Program-made: the position numbers and the translations under genes
Source of the DNA: Chrysemys picta bellii
Taxonomy: Eukaryota
DNA: 64,000 nucleotides
Assembly (NCBI RefSeq): GCF_011386835.1
Contig: NC_088804.1
Location: forward strand, 25,172,001 to 25,236,000
Direction of reading: 5' to 3'
Shown here: in pieces, positions 61,806 through 64,000 of the stretch
How positions within the stretch are numbered: position 1 is the first letter of the stretch
Layout of the letters: each line of letters starts with the position of its first letter
Notes under the pieces: generated by a model
What the model saw: only the letters and a program-made list of their open reading frames with translations
Told to the model about the DNA's origin: nothing
The model's database searches: none

Positions 61806-64000
61806 CTCATAGGGCAGTGTACCCAAGCATTTAACTTAATGAACATTTGCTAATGTTCATTAAGTTAAATGTGTTCTGCCAAGCAGTGTTATTTAAAAAG
61901 GATATAGGCAAGCAAGACCTGCTTGATTTTTCAACATGCTGCTAGAAAGGTGGTCTTGTATAGTCAGACAGTAGCCCTGGAAGTCAGGTGAGCTGGTTCT
62001 AGTCCCAGGTTTGGTACTCACATGCTGTTTGATCCTGGGTATGTTAACTCTCTGTAGTCCATTTCCTTACCTGTAAAATGGCGATAATACTACTTACCTA
62101 CTTCACAGGGATGCTGTGAGAGTTAGTTAATATTTTGTGAAGCATTCTGAGCTCTGGGATAAAAGCTCTTTTTTAGTGTAAAGTATTATTCTTGTTGATA
62201 AACTCAGTACTTGTGTAACAAAGGCCACATTTACTGGGGGTCTCTTCAGTGGCATCAGTAAAATCCACCAGTTTATTTGGGCTCTGCATGGGTTCAGGGG
62301 TCTACCCACCTGGATCTGTTTGCAGGATTGGAGCCTCTGTTTGCAAATGTAACTCTTTGGAGGCTTAATTGAAAAGGTCCCTTGAAAATTAGCCCTAAAG
62401 ATTTTTATTCGGTGTAGTTTTCCATACATCACTAGCAGATGTTCATTAAGCATTGGGCTTGATTTATATATCACAATGTATATACCACATATTTTACACT
62501 TAAATATTTTGCAGGCTGGAATTTTTTCATTTTTGTGTCTCAAAATATTTCAAAGTTTTACATGAAAGGGCTAGTGAAATATATTTGATATTGACAGGGG
62601 AGAGAAAAATATAATGGATGTAGCATGTGATGGCATAGTTAGAAGCTGCTTTAAAAATGTCTCAAGTCTTTTGAAAGCCAGCACACTGAAAGATGGCTGT
62701 GGACAAAGTGGAAGAAAGACAAATGCCCAATTTCTTATGACAGTTTCCTAGATTGGTTGCAATCTTATTTAAATGGAACAAATTAATGCTTGGTTGAGGA
62801 CAGGTAATTCTTGGAAGTTAACTTAGGGATGGTGAACTGACTAACCTTTCTCAATGATCATCTGTGAGGGCATCATACTGACTACTTGATCCATCTGTTC
62901 ATGCATACCAAGGTATAACTAGCCCCCATATTGAGAGTTTTGACCCTCTTGCAGCCTATATAGGACACTGTACAAGCAGGATAGTAAGGACCGGTAAATT
63001 CTACAGTGATACTTTTAACTGCACACAATGATGAATAAAGGCCTATTGAGTAATATTAAGAAATATTGTTTCTGGCCAAGATGGCTACCTCAGAATATAC
63101 AACATTCACATAAACATTTCTAGAATGATGATGAAGCATTAAAGTTATGTACAGATAGAATATCCAATACATTTACAGAAATACACTCTTTTATTGTTTA
63201 AGCTGGATACTTGGATCTATTTATCTTTGAAGACTTGGTGGGATGAAGCAAGCTGGTATAATTTTGAAAGCAGTGACTGCTCAGGTCCTCTCTGTAGACA
63301 TTACACAGAGGTAGTGTGATAATGTCCTTCTCTAACATTTGATAAAGTACATATTATTCTCCTGGTCCTTATCTGTGGATTTTTACATTTAAAAAAAATT
63401 GTATCTTTCTTGTATGGGCAAGGATGAAGTATATTGGATGTGGATATATGAATGGTGTGCAATGCCCTGGATTGTTCACCTCTGTTGTTTGTAACTATAG
63501 TCCTCTGTAAGTAGTATACAGTATGTTGTAATAATTAGAAACTTGCATTTTACACTGCTAGATGTATTAATTACTATACAATGATTATTATCCTGCCACC
63601 TGCATATAATTAGTTTTTACTTGTTTAGTAGTGAAAGCTTTGCTTAAAATTACAGCAACTTGGTTAAGCGTACCACAGGCATGAACCTATTTAATTTTTA
63701 TTCATGAACTCATGGAACCAGAGTTTAAAAGAAAATGTTATAACGTATAATGTATAGATAAAATGCTTGCCATCGGGAACAGATGGGGCATACGTTATTG
63801 GTTTTATAGAAGTTTTCAAAATTCATGTGGGTTGAATAAGTAAAAGAATAATGAATAAAATGTGGGCCTGGGCCATTAAATATTCATGACAGTTTGCAAG
63901 ACTGCAGATAAATTATTTTTTGCCTCAGCAATGTCTAGCTTCTGTAGGTGAGAAAAGGAGACGTGAACTGTTTTCATATATAACTTATAATATAGACACT

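Larger units (their letters stand above)
55635..63506 (+). pseudogene. CAP-superfamily (SCP/CRISP/PI16/GLIPR-like) secreted-protein gene, probably recently pseudogenised; 3' end not found in the window
   Basis: exons 55635-55811 (signal-like IKSFPKLLGLLLFQLLSLGWALG, then LLLNIHNSCRQKIGPPPASVLKL), 59405-59557 (EWPGELASMAQEW...FEH...GQNL), 63233-63310 (TWWDE...Y...C...CRHYTE; alternative acceptor 63203), 63409-63506 (LVWARMKYIGCG...VVCNYSP). Phases 0-0-0-2 with no stops. No in-frame ATG at the signal peptide and no AG before the fourth exon. Confidence 0.82.

Overview
AT-rich vertebrate genomic DNA, most likely a turtle. This is inferred from the repeat complement: Penelope/Neptune-type 'ggcaccttagagactaac' palindromes, hAT and Harbinger MITEs, and TG..CA solo LTRs. 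On the + strand it carries the last three coding exons of GPATCH1 (624-3030), the complete 11-exon WDR88 gene (17335-46356, about 402 aa) and a tRNA-Thr(AGT) gene (51836-51909). This is the same order I recall at human 19q13.11. Manual exon splicing reveals two gene-like structures that the ORF track misses. (1) An 8-exon minus-strand relic (7121-10445) encoding a Ulp1/SENP-type SUMO protease with intact His/Asp/Cys/Gln residues plus a C-terminal PHD finger, lying head-to-head with a 5'-truncated hAT transposase; probably transposon-derived. (2) A 4-exon CAP-superfamily (SCP/CRISP/PR-1-like) secreted-protein gene (55635-63506, continuing past the last exon found) with no stops or frameshifts but an apparently lost start codon and one lost splice acceptor. 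Also present: hammerhead-ribozyme-like cores in Penelope-derived palindromes, a 1.5-kb GC-rich minisatellite next to the tRNA, four or five solo LTRs, many MITEs with target-site duplications (TSDs), and two short local templated duplications. All family assignments come from motif recognition and memory; no database search was run.
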